64,000 bases of DNA from Lachnospiraceae bacterium (GTDB taxonomy: Bacteria; Bacillota; Clostridia; Lachnospirales; Lachnospiraceae): NCBI GenBank assembly GCA_017473115.1, contig JAFUNC010000001.1, positions 183,104 to 247,103 of the forward strand, written 5' to 3'. A program made the translations under genes and the position numbers. Under the pieces are notes generated by a model. The model was not told where the DNA came from and did no database searches. It worked only from the letters and a program-made list of their open reading frames with translations. Shown here piece by piece: positions 52,994 to 61,473 of this stretch; the first letter of the stretch is position 1, and the number at the start of each line of letters is the position of its first letter.

Positions 52994-53620
52994 TTATAAT
53001 CCATTTCGGTAGTATCCCCAGCCGCCGTTTATCGGTTCTTTATTCATAATGATATAAGAAAAGATTACCATTACAAGGGGGCATATAATATTTACAAGCG
53101 GTGCCCATATGGCATGTTGATCCATCCCGTAGGCTTTGAGCAGGTCGTAATTTTTACGCCAGTGAATAAGGCTTAGAAGGGCGAATATTAAGAATGAAAT
53201 TACGGCAAAAACTACCAAAGCAATAGTGGAATATATGTCTGACTGAAAAACTCCTTCTGTTTCCGGAGCGGGTACGCTAAGAAGTTTTACTATAGTTATA
53301 TTAATATACCAAATAAAAAACAAAATAACCCCTAGTAATTTAAATATAAACAATGGCCAAAAGACTATACCGCGGTGTTTGATTTTGATAAAACCCAACC
53401 GATATTCGTTGAAAGGTAAGGTAAAAGCAATATAATCTTTGCACATAGGAATAAAAGCAATCCAAGGAAAACGAAAATCGCAATTTTTTGCTATGATAAA
53501 AAAGGGAATGGCTGTGATCAAATAACATACATATACCATGATTCCCCAAAAAAGCAAAAGAATAAGGGGTACCAGCAAAAACATAAGTAAAAGCGGAACA
53601 AACCAAATTACATGAGCCAT
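52994..53620 (-). CDS. Membrane protein, paralog 1 of tandem array
   Basis: IAKNCDFRFPWIAFIPM...WRKNYDLL...HAIW...MNKEP. Confidence 0.8.
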   Translation of the reverse strand: MAHVIWFVPLLLMFLLVPLILLLFWGIMVYVCYLITAIPFFIIAKNCDFRFPWIAFIPMCKDYIAFTLPFNEYRLGFIKIKHRGIVFWPLFIFKLLGVILFFIWYINITIVKLLSVPAPETEGVFQSDIYSTIALVVFAVISFLIFALLSLIHWRKNYDLLKAYGMDQHAIWAPLVNIICPLVMVIFSYIIMNKEPINGGWGYYRNGL

Positions 53621-53777
53621 ATTTACATTCTCCTTTGTAATATTATATGTAACTTATACAATTCTCTTTTCAAAAATTTCTTTACGACTATGATTCTATT
53701 ATAGCAATAATTATTTTTTTGTAAAATAAAAAAGCACCAACCCCACGGCTCATATGTCCGCAAAACCAGTGCTTAAG

Positions 53778-53850
53778 TGCGCGATCAGGGGCTCGAACCC
53801 TGGACACCCTGATTAAGAGTCAGGTGCTCTACCAACTGAGCTAATCGCGC
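53778..53850 (-). tRNA. tRNA-Lys (anticodon CTT)
   Basis: GCGCGATTAGCTCAGTTGGTAGAGCACCTGA-CTCTTAA-TCAGGGTGTCCAGGGTTCGAGCCCCTGATCGCGCA. Confidence 0.96.
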
Positions 53851-53892
53851 AGACCATATTATGTCGACGTGTTTTCGCCACGTGCATTGTTG

Positions 53893-53921
53893 ATTATAGT
53901 ATAGGATTTTTAACTTTGCAA
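53893..53921 (-). promoter_or_regulatory. SigA promoter of tRNA-Lys
   Basis: TTGCAA, 17-bp spacer, TATAAT. Confidence 0.7.
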
Positions 53922-54141
53922 GCATTTTTTGAAAAATTTTTTAATTTTTTGAAAAAAAGTTGTGAATTAGGTATAAATAAAAGGTTTGTAACGTATTTTT
54001 ATGATGATTTTACAGGGAAAAGAAGGGGAAAACTTGCATTTTAAGGGTGTATGTTCTATAAATAAAAGTGGTTGAATGAAAGATATATTGCTATAATCTA
54101 CATAGACGTAAAGGAACGACAGACAGAATAGGAGTGCCGAG

Positions 54142-54909
54142 ATGATTTTTGAAAGTCACGCACATTACGATGATGATGCTTTTGATGAGGACAGGGAGAG
54201 TCTGATTGAAAGTTTGCAGGAAAATCGAATAGAGTATGTTATCAATGTGGGAGCCAGTATGGAATCCACCGAGCGAACCTACGAGTTGGCGAAGAAGTAT
54301 CCTTTTATTTATGCGGCGGTGGGTGTACACCCTTCGGATACGCTACCCCTAGGCGAGAAGGATATGGACAGGCTAAAAGAGTTGGTAGCAGACGAAAAGG
54401 TAGTTGCCATCGGCGAAATCGGCCTGGACTATTACTGGGACGAGCCGGAGCGCGAAATCCAGAAGAAGTGGTTTAAAAGACAGATTGAACTTGCTAAGGA
54501 AGTGGATTTGCCGATTATCATACATTCCAGGGAAGCGGCTAAGGATACATTGGATATTCTGCACGAACACGACGCAGGGAACTACCGCGGCGTGATGCAC
54601 TGCTTCTCTTATTCACCGGAAATTGCGAAAGAAGTTGTGAAGATGGGCTTTTATATCGGTGTAGGCGGTGTCTGCACTTATAAAAATGCTAAGAAACTTG
54701 TGGAAGTTGTGGAAGAAATTCCCCTGGAGCACATTTTACTGGAGACGGACTGTCCGTACTTAACACCGGTTCCTTACAGGGGCAAGCGTAATTCGTCGTT
54801 ATACCTGCCCTATGTGGTGGAGAAAATTGCAGAAATCAAGGGCGTAACCGTTGAAGAAGTTGAGCGCGTAACCTATGAGAATGCGATGAAATTGTTTCTT
54901 AACAGATAA
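54142..54909 (+). CDS. tatD: TatD family hydrolase
   Basis: ESHAH, GVHP, IGEIGLDY, IIHSRE, GVMHCFS, LETDCPYL. Confidence 0.93.
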   Translation: MIFESHAHYDDDAFDEDRESLIESLQENRIEYVINVGASMESTERTYELAKKYPFIYAAVGVHPSDTLPLGEKDMDRLKELVADEKVVAIGEIGLDYYWDEPEREIQKKWFKRQIELAKEVDLPIIIHSREAAKDTLDILHEHDAGNYRGVMHCFSYSPEIAKEVVKMGFYIGVGGVCTYKNAKKLVEVVEEIPLEHILLETDCPYLTPVPYRGKRNSSLYLPYVVEKIAEIKGVTVEEVERVTYENAMKLFLNR

Positions 54910-54925
54910 ATTTATTTCATAAAGT

Positions 54926-55080
54926 AAATGTTCGGGAGGACATATAAATATATTCATAAGTGGGTGGTTTTGGCACCGTCGGTACTTAGGTTCTGTTTTT
55001 TAGAACCTTATGTACCGCTACGTGTGACAAGCCAGCGAGAGCGTGCCCACGTTGAATATATTATATGTCAATCCGAATTT
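54926..55080. repeat. Long palindromic intergenic element, copy B (inverted relative to copy A)
   Basis: Outer IR TTCGG..GACATATAAATATATTCA / TGAATATATTATATGTC..CCGAA; GTGGG/CCCAC; inner CGGTACTTAGGTTCT / AGAACCTTATGTACCG. Core motif shared with 46118-46200. Confidence 0.75.
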
Positions 55081-55098
55081 ATAACGAAAGGAAAGTAT

Positions 55099-55956
55099 AT
55101 GGCATACTTAGGAAATCCCGGCAATACAGCCGCGGTACTGAATAAACACGGGTTTCATTTTCAGAAGAAGTTTGGTCAGAACTTTTTGATTGATACCCAT
55201 ATTTTAGAAAAAATCATTGACAGCGCAGAGATTACCAAGGACGATTGCGTACTGGAAATCGGTCCCGGTATCGGAACCATGACTCAGTATCTGGCGGAGC
55301 GTGCCCGTGAGGTCATTGCAGTGGAAATCGATAAAACGCTGATACCGATTTTGGCGGATACACTGTCTGAGTATGACAATGTAACCGTCATTAATGAGGA
55401 TGTTTTAAAAGTGGATATTGCCAAGTTGGTGGAAGAACATAACAATAACCGCCCCATTAAGGTGGTAGCAAATCTTCCATACTATATTACTACTCCCATT
55501 GTTATGGGCTTGCTTGAGAGCCATGTGCCCTTGGACAGCATTACCATTATGGTGCAAAAGGAAGTGGCGGAGCGTATGCAGGTGGGCCCCGGAACCAAGG
55601 ATTATGGCGCATTGTCTCTGGCAGTAGCCTACTATTGCAAGGCGGAAGTAGTGACGATTGTATCGCCGAATTGTTTTATTCCCAAGCCTAATGTGGCAAG
55701 CGCAGTCATTCGCTTGAAAGTATACGATAAACCTCCTGTTACCGTACAGGATGAAGTTTTTATGTTCCGCATTATCCGGGCGTCTTTCCAACAGCGTCGA
55801 AAAACGCTGGTGAATGGTCTGACTCATGCGGCAGAATTGAATGTATCGAAAGAGCAGGTTTTGGAGGCTTTGGAAGCTATGGGCAAGTCAGAGAGTGTGA
55901 GAGGCGAAACTTTTACATTGGAAGAGTTTGCGAAATTGAGTGATTTGTTGAAGTAA
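55099..55956 (+). CDS. rsmA: 16S rRNA dimethyladenosine transferase
   Basis: KKFGQNFL, EIGPGIG, VANLPYYITT, MVQKEVAER, QRRKTL; start taken at ATG 55099 after AAGGA. Confidence 0.96.
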   Translation: MAYLGNPGNTAAVLNKHGFHFQKKFGQNFLIDTHILEKIIDSAEITKDDCVLEIGPGIGTMTQYLAERAREVIAVEIDKTLIPILADTLSEYDNVTVINEDVLKVDIAKLVEEHNNNRPIKVVANLPYYITTPIVMGLLESHVPLDSITIMVQKEVAERMQVGPGTKDYGALSLAVAYYCKAEVVTIVSPNCFIPKPNVASAVIRLKVYDKPPVTVQDEVFMFRIIRASFQQRRKTLVNGLTHAAELNVSKEQVLEALEAMGKSESVRGETFTLEEFAKLSDLLK

Positions 55957-55999
55957 GAAATGGCGAGAAAAAGAAAGCATGTTAGTTATATTCTTAATT

Positions 56000-56959
56000 T
56001 TACGCAATACTTTTTTCGAATTCTTCAATGGATTTGGCGTGAGCGGCTTTGATGAGCCATTCTGTTAGTAGGGCATTGTCATTTTGGGCGAGAATCTTAT
56101 CTCTTAAAGAAGTCGGAATTTCACTTATGGTATGTAATAATTCGATTATGTTATTATGAGTTGCTTCAGTTACGCCCAAAGTGTGTCCTTCTGCACGTCC
56201 TTCTGCCAAACCTTCTGCCAAACCTTCTGCTAAACCTTCTGCTCGTGCGGCTGCTTTGTCTGCTTCAATTTCATCTTTGTGCTCACGGTAATAGGCTTCT
56301 CGAAATCGTAAATATTTTACGCTGTATTCAGTATCTTTTAGCATAGTTTTAATATTCTCCTTTATTTTTAAAATTTTGGGACTCGTATATTCTATTGTCT
56401 CATCGTTTGTAAATTCCATAAATCTAAGAAATTCGACTAATTCACTACTGACTCCGGTGTTATCTGTTCCTTTTGTATTCAAAAATATGCGTGTTGCACC
56501 GTCATTCATTTTTAGTTCCGGTATTTCAACACATTGTCCAACAAAGGTATATCGATATAATCCATAACCAAACAAATCAAAAGGAGCAATTAAAATAATA
56601 TATACATTGTTTAATTGGTTGAAATCCTTTTCGCCGGGTGCTAAAAGTTTACAGTCTATCATAGCCTGATAATATCGGGTTCTCTTTGACAAATTAGGAA
56701 CCTTCTGATTTTGAAGTTCTGTATCATAAATGGTATCTTTTATATCTTTGGTCCAAATGTCAAGTCTGGCAAGTCGATTCATAGGTTGTTTGCGCAACTC
56801 TTTTTCTGTTTGAGGTAAACCTTTCAGAGTGATGTCATCTTCTAAAATAATGTCCAGCATTAGTTTGGTATTTTCCGGATTTTCCATGACTTCCTCGAAC
56901 ATAAAGTGGTCCATAAGAGTCATTTCTTCCAGTGGTTTGCAGATATCGTCTGATTGCAT
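56000..56959 (-). CDS. Rpn/YhgA-like recombination-promoting nuclease (PD-(D/E)XK nuclease family transposase)
   Basis: DHFMFEEVM, RLDIW...YDTELQ, KRTRYYQAMID, IFLNTKG, C-terminal AEGL repeats; start at ATG 56959 after AAGGA. Confidence 0.88.
   Translation of the reverse strand: MQSDDICKPLEEMTLMDHFMFEEVMENPENTKLMLDIILEDDITLKGLPQTEKELRKQPMNRLARLDIWTKDIKDTIYDTELQNQKVPNLSKRTRYYQAMIDCKLLAPGEKDFNQLNNVYIILIAPFDLFGYGLYRYTFVGQCVEIPELKMNDGATRIFLNTKGTDNTGVSSELVEFLRFMEFTNDETIEYTSPKILKIKENIKTMLKDTEYSVKYLRFREAYYREHKDEIEADKAAARAEGLAEGLAEGLAEGRAEGHTLGVTEATHNNIIELLHTISEIPTSLRDKILAQNDNALLTEWLIKAAHAKSIEEFEKSIA
56187..56246. repeat. Five copies of a 12-bp coding tandem repeat (AEG[L/R])
   Basis: CCTTCTGCACGT CCTTCTGCCAAA CCTTCTGCCAAA CCTTCTGCTAAA CCTTCTGCTCGT. 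Confidence 0.9.
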
Positions 56960-57192
56960 AAAACATTCCTTTCGAGATGCGAAAATCCACAAAACCATAA
57001 GATTAATATGAGTATAGCAACAGATATTTTGATCAGACAATGTGAATTTTGCACAAATATTAAAAAAAGAGGAATTCTTCTGCCGAACGGCAAGAAAAAA
57101 GAATTTTAAGATGAGGCGATTATATAATATATCTTTGCTAATTGCAAGAAAAAGGCGTCGACAAAAAGCATAGAAATAATTAAAAAATACCC

Positions 57193-57253
57193 TTGACATC
57201 TTTAAACAAAAGTAGTATCCTTTATAACAGTTTAACGCGTTGAAGCGTTACAC
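57193..57253 (+). promoter_or_regulatory. SigA promoter with downstream LacI/cre-like operator
   Basis: TTGACA 57193-57198, 17-bp spacer, TATCCT; then TTAACGCGTTGA overlapping TGAAGCGTTACA. Confidence 0.6.
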
Positions 57254-57333
57254 TTTAAAGTGCCGAAAGTAATAAAATTACTAAAACGGCACACCCCATT
57301 TTAGAAAGAAAATCAAGAAAGAAGGGCGAAAAA

Positions 57334-58311
57334 ATGCAGAATAAAGGTAATTTAATTTCTTTTAGACCTGACATTAAGGTAGTGGACTGTACGCTTCGTG
57401 ACGGCGGTCTGGTTAACAATTTCGGATTCTCAGACGAATTCGTCAAAGCATTGTATCGCGCCAACATAAAAGCCGGTGTCGATTACATGGAATTCGGTTA
57501 TAAGGCATCCAAGGATATTTTTAAGAAGGAAGACTACGGCAAGTGGAAATTCTGTGAGGAAGAGGATCTCCGCGCAGTAGTAGGCAACAATGATTTTGAC
57601 ATGAAGATTTCGGTTATGACCGATGTGGGAAGAACCGATTACAAGAACGATATTATTGATAAAAAAGACAGTGTCATCGATTTGGTGCGTACCGCAACTT
57701 ACATTCACCAGATTCCCGCAGCCATTGAAATGATTCAGGATGCTCATGACAAAGGTTATGAGACTTCTGTTAACATTATGGCTATTTCTAAAGTACGTGA
57801 GGAAGAACTTGACAATGGTCTTGAGATTCTTGCGGAATGTGACGTGGATTATATTTACTTGGTAGACAGTTTCGGTGCTTTTTATCCGGAACAGATTCGT
57901 CGTCTTACACATAAGTATATGGAAATTGCAACCAAGCATAATAAGAAGATTGGTGTGCATACCCATAATAACCAGCAGCTTGCATATGCAAACACCATTG
58001 AAGCCTTAAGTATCGGTGCCAGCCTTGCGGATGCTACCGTAAGCGGTATGGGCCGTGGCGCAGGCAACTGCTACATGGAATCTCTTTTATCTTTCTTACG
58101 TAATCCCCGCTACAATCTTGTACCGATTATGGATTTCGTACAGACTTACATCAAGGAGGAAATCGAAAAGGGGAGTTTATGGGGATACGATATCCCCTAC
58201 CTTTTAACGGGGATTATGAACTCACACCCTTCAGCAGCCATTAAGTTTATGGGCGAAGGGAGAACCGATTACTCAAGATTTTATCAGGAATTGTTAGATC
58301 ATATGGAATAA
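57334..58311 (+). CDS. DRE-TIM (HMGL-like) aldolase catalytic-domain protein, 4-hydroxy-2-oxovalerate-aldolase-like
   Basis: DCTLRDGG, DSFG, HTHNN, GMGRGAGN. Confidence 0.85.
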   Translation: MQNKGNLISFRPDIKVVDCTLRDGGLVNNFGFSDEFVKALYRANIKAGVDYMEFGYKASKDIFKKEDYGKWKFCEEEDLRAVVGNNDFDMKISVMTDVGRTDYKNDIIDKKDSVIDLVRTATYIHQIPAAIEMIQDAHDKGYETSVNIMAISKVREEELDNGLEILAECDVDYIYLVDSFGAFYPEQIRRLTHKYMEIATKHNKKIGVHTHNNQQLAYANTIEALSIGASLADATVSGMGRGAGNCYMESLLSFLRNPRYNLVPIMDFVQTYIKEEIEKGSLWGYDIPYLLTGIMNSHPSAAIKFMGEGRTDYSRFYQELLDHME

Positions 58312-58455
58312 AACATAAGAAAAGGATTAAAAGCATTTTTAAATGTTTTTGGTCCTTTTTTATATTCTTTTTTTGACATTGTTTTATGCGTGTGGTACAC
58401 TTAAAAATAGTAATATGGGTTAATAGTGTGCATTAGTAATTTGCAATATTAAGAG

Positions 58456-61400
58456 GTGGATACTTTGGATAAGTATGAATTTAAACTTCGTTCGGAAGAA
58501 ATCGACAAATTAATGGAACATCAGAAGTATGCCGACGCAGTTCGACTGGCGGATACCATTGATTGGAAACGTGTGAAAAGTACCACAACTCTGGCTAAAA
58601 TTGCCGAGTTGTATAAGTTAAATAAAAGATATGATGACTGTTACGAAATATTAGAGTTGGCATATGACCGCAATCCAAACAACAGAAATGTTGTTTATTC
58701 GTTGTGTGAAATCTGCCTGGAATTGGGTGACATTGTAGAGGCGATTGAATATTTTAAGGCATATGCATCATTGGCACCCAAGGATCCCGGAGTATATATG
58801 CTCCGTTATCGTATTTACGAGGCGCAGAATGTAGGCTACGAAGAGCGCATCGAATTATTGGAAGAGTTAAAAAAGAAAGACCGAATAGAGGAATGGGAAT
58901 ACGAGCTTGCATATCTCTATCACCGTGCCGGTTTTGCAACCAAATGCGTGGAAGAGTGTGACGAGCTGATTTTATGGTTCGGCGAAGGACCTTATGTTGT
59001 AAAGGCAATGGAACTTAAGATGCTTCATGAACCCCTGACCCCTTCCCAGCAGGAAAAATATGACCGACGCAATGAGGAGAAGATTCAGATTGCGGCACAG
59101 GCAGCGAAAGAACGTAATACCGGCGAGATGGATTTGGATGATGACTTCCGTGTAAAAACCATTGATATGAGCAAGTTTAACACCATGAATCTTCAGGCAG
59201 AACTTGCGGAGAATCTGAAAGAATACATAGATGATGAACCGCAACCGGTTCAGTATATGGGTGAAAACCGTGAAGATCAGAAAGTATATCATAATACCAT
59301 TCCGGCAGATGCGCAGGAAGTTTTCTTTGCGGATCAGACGGCGGATATGAGATATCAGATTCCCACACCCGTTAATGCGGCAGCGGCCACACCGGAAATG
59401 GAAGCGTTTAAAGAGAGTTTTGCCCAAGGATATGTCGGTGTGGAACCGCCTCAGTCCATGGGACAGTTGATAGAGGATTTGGATGAAGGTACACAGGAAA
59501 TACCGGTAGGTGCAGTGGTCGGAACCGTGCCTCCCTCCCCTATGGCAGGTATGGACACTGCCCGTGTGCAGACAAGAGATGTGCAGGAAATTCATTTTGA
59601 GGAACCTGTGGAACAAATTCCCGGCCAGCAGACTTTTATTTCAAACACACAGAAGATGGTAACCATGGGCACGACAGGGGCCTATGAAAGATTGCTTTCT
59701 CAGGAAATGGACGGACAGATCAGTCTGGCAAATATTCAGGAAGAAAAGGTTGTTGAGAAACAGATTACCGGTCAGTTGAATATCCAGGATATCATAGCAG
59801 ACTGGGAAAAGATGAAAAAAGAGCGCGAGCAGAAAATGCAGGCGGATGTGCATCAGAAGATGTTAGAGCAGACCGGAGAGATTTTCAGCCGTTTTGATGA
59901 AGATTCCAAAACCGGTATTCTTGCTTCATTGGAAGATCCTTCCGTACTTGATACTATAAACGGAACTGCAAGTGCAACCGTTATGAAGGGGCTTGAGAAT
60001 CACGCAAAACAGGTGATTATGCCCGGAGTTCAAAAGAATGTGGAAGAAGAGACTGCGGTACAGGCGGTTGAAAACGCAACAGAAGCAGTTCCGGCAGAAG
60101 ACATAGTAATTATGGAAGAGCAGCCGGTTATCGAAGAGTTAACAGAAGAACTGATTGAAACGGCAGCAGAAGAAATTCCGGAAGTGGAAGCAAGCGTTGT
60201 GGATGAGGTTTCTTCGGATACCGGCATTATGGAACAAACCATTGTTTCGCAGTTTACCGGCGAGTTATCTACAACCGGAGCAACCATGGATACCGTTATT
60301 ATCGCGGAATCTGTAGTGGCAGATGTTGCAAATGAAGATGTTTCAATTGAAGAGGAAACGGTAGAAGAGGCTGTACAGGAAGCAGAAGTTGCAGAGGAAA
60401 TTACCTATTCGGAGGAAGAGGTTGTAACAGAAGAAATTACGTATGCCGAAGAGCCCGAAGTTACGGAAGAAATTCAGACCGAAGAACCTGCAGTTTCAGA
60501 GGAAATTCCGGCAGAAGAACCGGTAGATTTTGTTTCAGCAGGTGAAGGCAATTTCTATGGTTCGGTAACCGCAGCAATTCCCGGCGGAATCTGGAAAGAA
60601 GTAGAAGGAATTACGGAAGAAGCAGAATCTCAGGAAGAAAATCCTGTAGAAGAATACAATATGCAGGAGCAGGATGACGTTGCATCCGAAGAAGAACAGG
60701 AAATGACAGAACACAAGGATTTGACAGAGGACGAAAAAGCACTATTCAAACCCTTCCTTTACTCCAAGAAGATGAAGAAGCAAATCTTGGATACGTTGGA
60801 AAAAATTACTTTGGCAGCATATGTGGGAAATGTGGTAATCACAGCAGATTCTCATGATACTTCCCTTGAACTTGCCAAGTTGATTGTTTCTTACGTACGT
60901 ATGGGGGATGACAATTTCTCCGGAAACGTTGCTAAAATTGATGCCGAAAAATTAAATAAGAAAGATATGAGCAACGTTTTTGCCAAACTTGTAAATGGTG
61001 CATTATTGGTAGAAAATGCCGGTAAATTGTCCAGCCAGACCATGCGTGGTATTCTTCAGGAACTGAACCAGGAAACCAACGGAATTATTGTAATTCTTAT
61101 GGATAAAAAACGTGCAATGGATACACTTATGGGCAGAGGTGCGGTAATCGGCGAATTCTTCAATGCAAGAATCGACGTGCTTTCCATGAATGTGGATATG
61201 CTTGTTACCTATGGTATCCGTTATGTATATGACAAAGGTTACAGTGTTGATGATATGGGGCGTCTTGCATTATACAAGAGAATTTCGGAAATGCAGGCAG
61301 GTAATCACACCGTAACGATTGCTGAAGTCAAGGAAATCATGGATGATGCAATGCATCGTGCCGACAAAGGCGGTCTTTCCAAGATGGCAAGTATCATTAC

Positions 61401-61458
61401 ACGTAAACGTTATGACGAAAACGGCTTAATTGTTTTGAAAGAAAAAGATTTTGACTAA
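58456..61458 (+). CDS. TPR protein with long acidic disordered linker and degenerate AAA+-like C-terminal domain
   Basis: N-terminal TPR-like helices; Glu-rich repeats; C-terminal NVVITAD...GALLVENAG...IIVIL...FFNARIDV arranged like an AAA+ domain without Walker A Lys. Confidence 0.75.
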   Translation: MDTLDKYEFKLRSEEIDKLMEHQKYADAVRLADTIDWKRVKSTTTLAKIAELYKLNKRYDDCYEILELAYDRNPNNRNVVYSLCEICLELGDIVEAIEYFKAYASLAPKDPGVYMLRYRIYEAQNVGYEERIELLEELKKKDRIEEWEYELAYLYHRAGFATKCVEECDELILWFGEGPYVVKAMELKMLHEPLTPSQQEKYDRRNEEKIQIAAQAAKERNTGEMDLDDDFRVKTIDMSKFNTMNLQAELAENLKEYIDDEPQPVQYMGENREDQKVYHNTIPADAQEVFFADQTADMRYQIPTPVNAAAATPEMEAFKESFAQGYVGVEPPQSMGQLIEDLDEGTQEIPVGAVVGTVPPSPMAGMDTARVQTRDVQEIHFEEPVEQIPGQQTFISNTQKMVTMGTTGAYERLLSQEMDGQISLANIQEEKVVEKQITGQLNIQDIIADWEKMKKEREQKMQADVHQKMLEQTGEIFSRFDEDSKTGILASLEDPSVLDTINGTASATVMKGLENHAKQVIMPGVQKNVEEETAVQAVENATEAVPAEDIVIMEEQPVIEELTEELIETAAEEIPEVEASVVDEVSSDTGIMEQTIVSQFTGELSTTGATMDTVIIAESVVADVANEDVSIEEETVEEAVQEAEVAEEITYSEEEVVTEEITYAEEPEVTEEIQTEEPAVSEEIPAEEPVDFVSAGEGNFYGSVTAAIPGGIWKEVEGITEEAESQEENPVEEYNMQEQDDVASEEEQEMTEHKDLTEDEKALFKPFLYSKKMKKQILDTLEKITLAAYVGNVVITADSHDTSLELAKLIVSYVRMGDDNFSGNVAKIDAEKLNKKDMSNVFAKLVNGALLVENAGKLSSQTMRGILQELNQETNGIIVILMDKKRAMDTLMGRGAVIGEFFNARIDVLSMNVDMLVTYGIRYVYDKGYSVDDMGRLALYKRISEMQAGNHTVTIAEVKEIMDDAMHRADKGGLSKMASIITRKRYDENGLIVLKEKDFD

Positions 61459-61473
61459 ATGGGGGAAAACAAG

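Noticed and set aside
54928-55098. 57-aa N-terminal extension of RsmA
   Set aside because: It is a chance open frame through hairpin copy B; RsmA homology and the RBS start at 55099.
56960-57199. N-terminal extension of the Rpn ORF, or IS ends around it
   Set aside because: The extension crosses the divergent promoter region; no terminal inverted repeats or target duplication were found.
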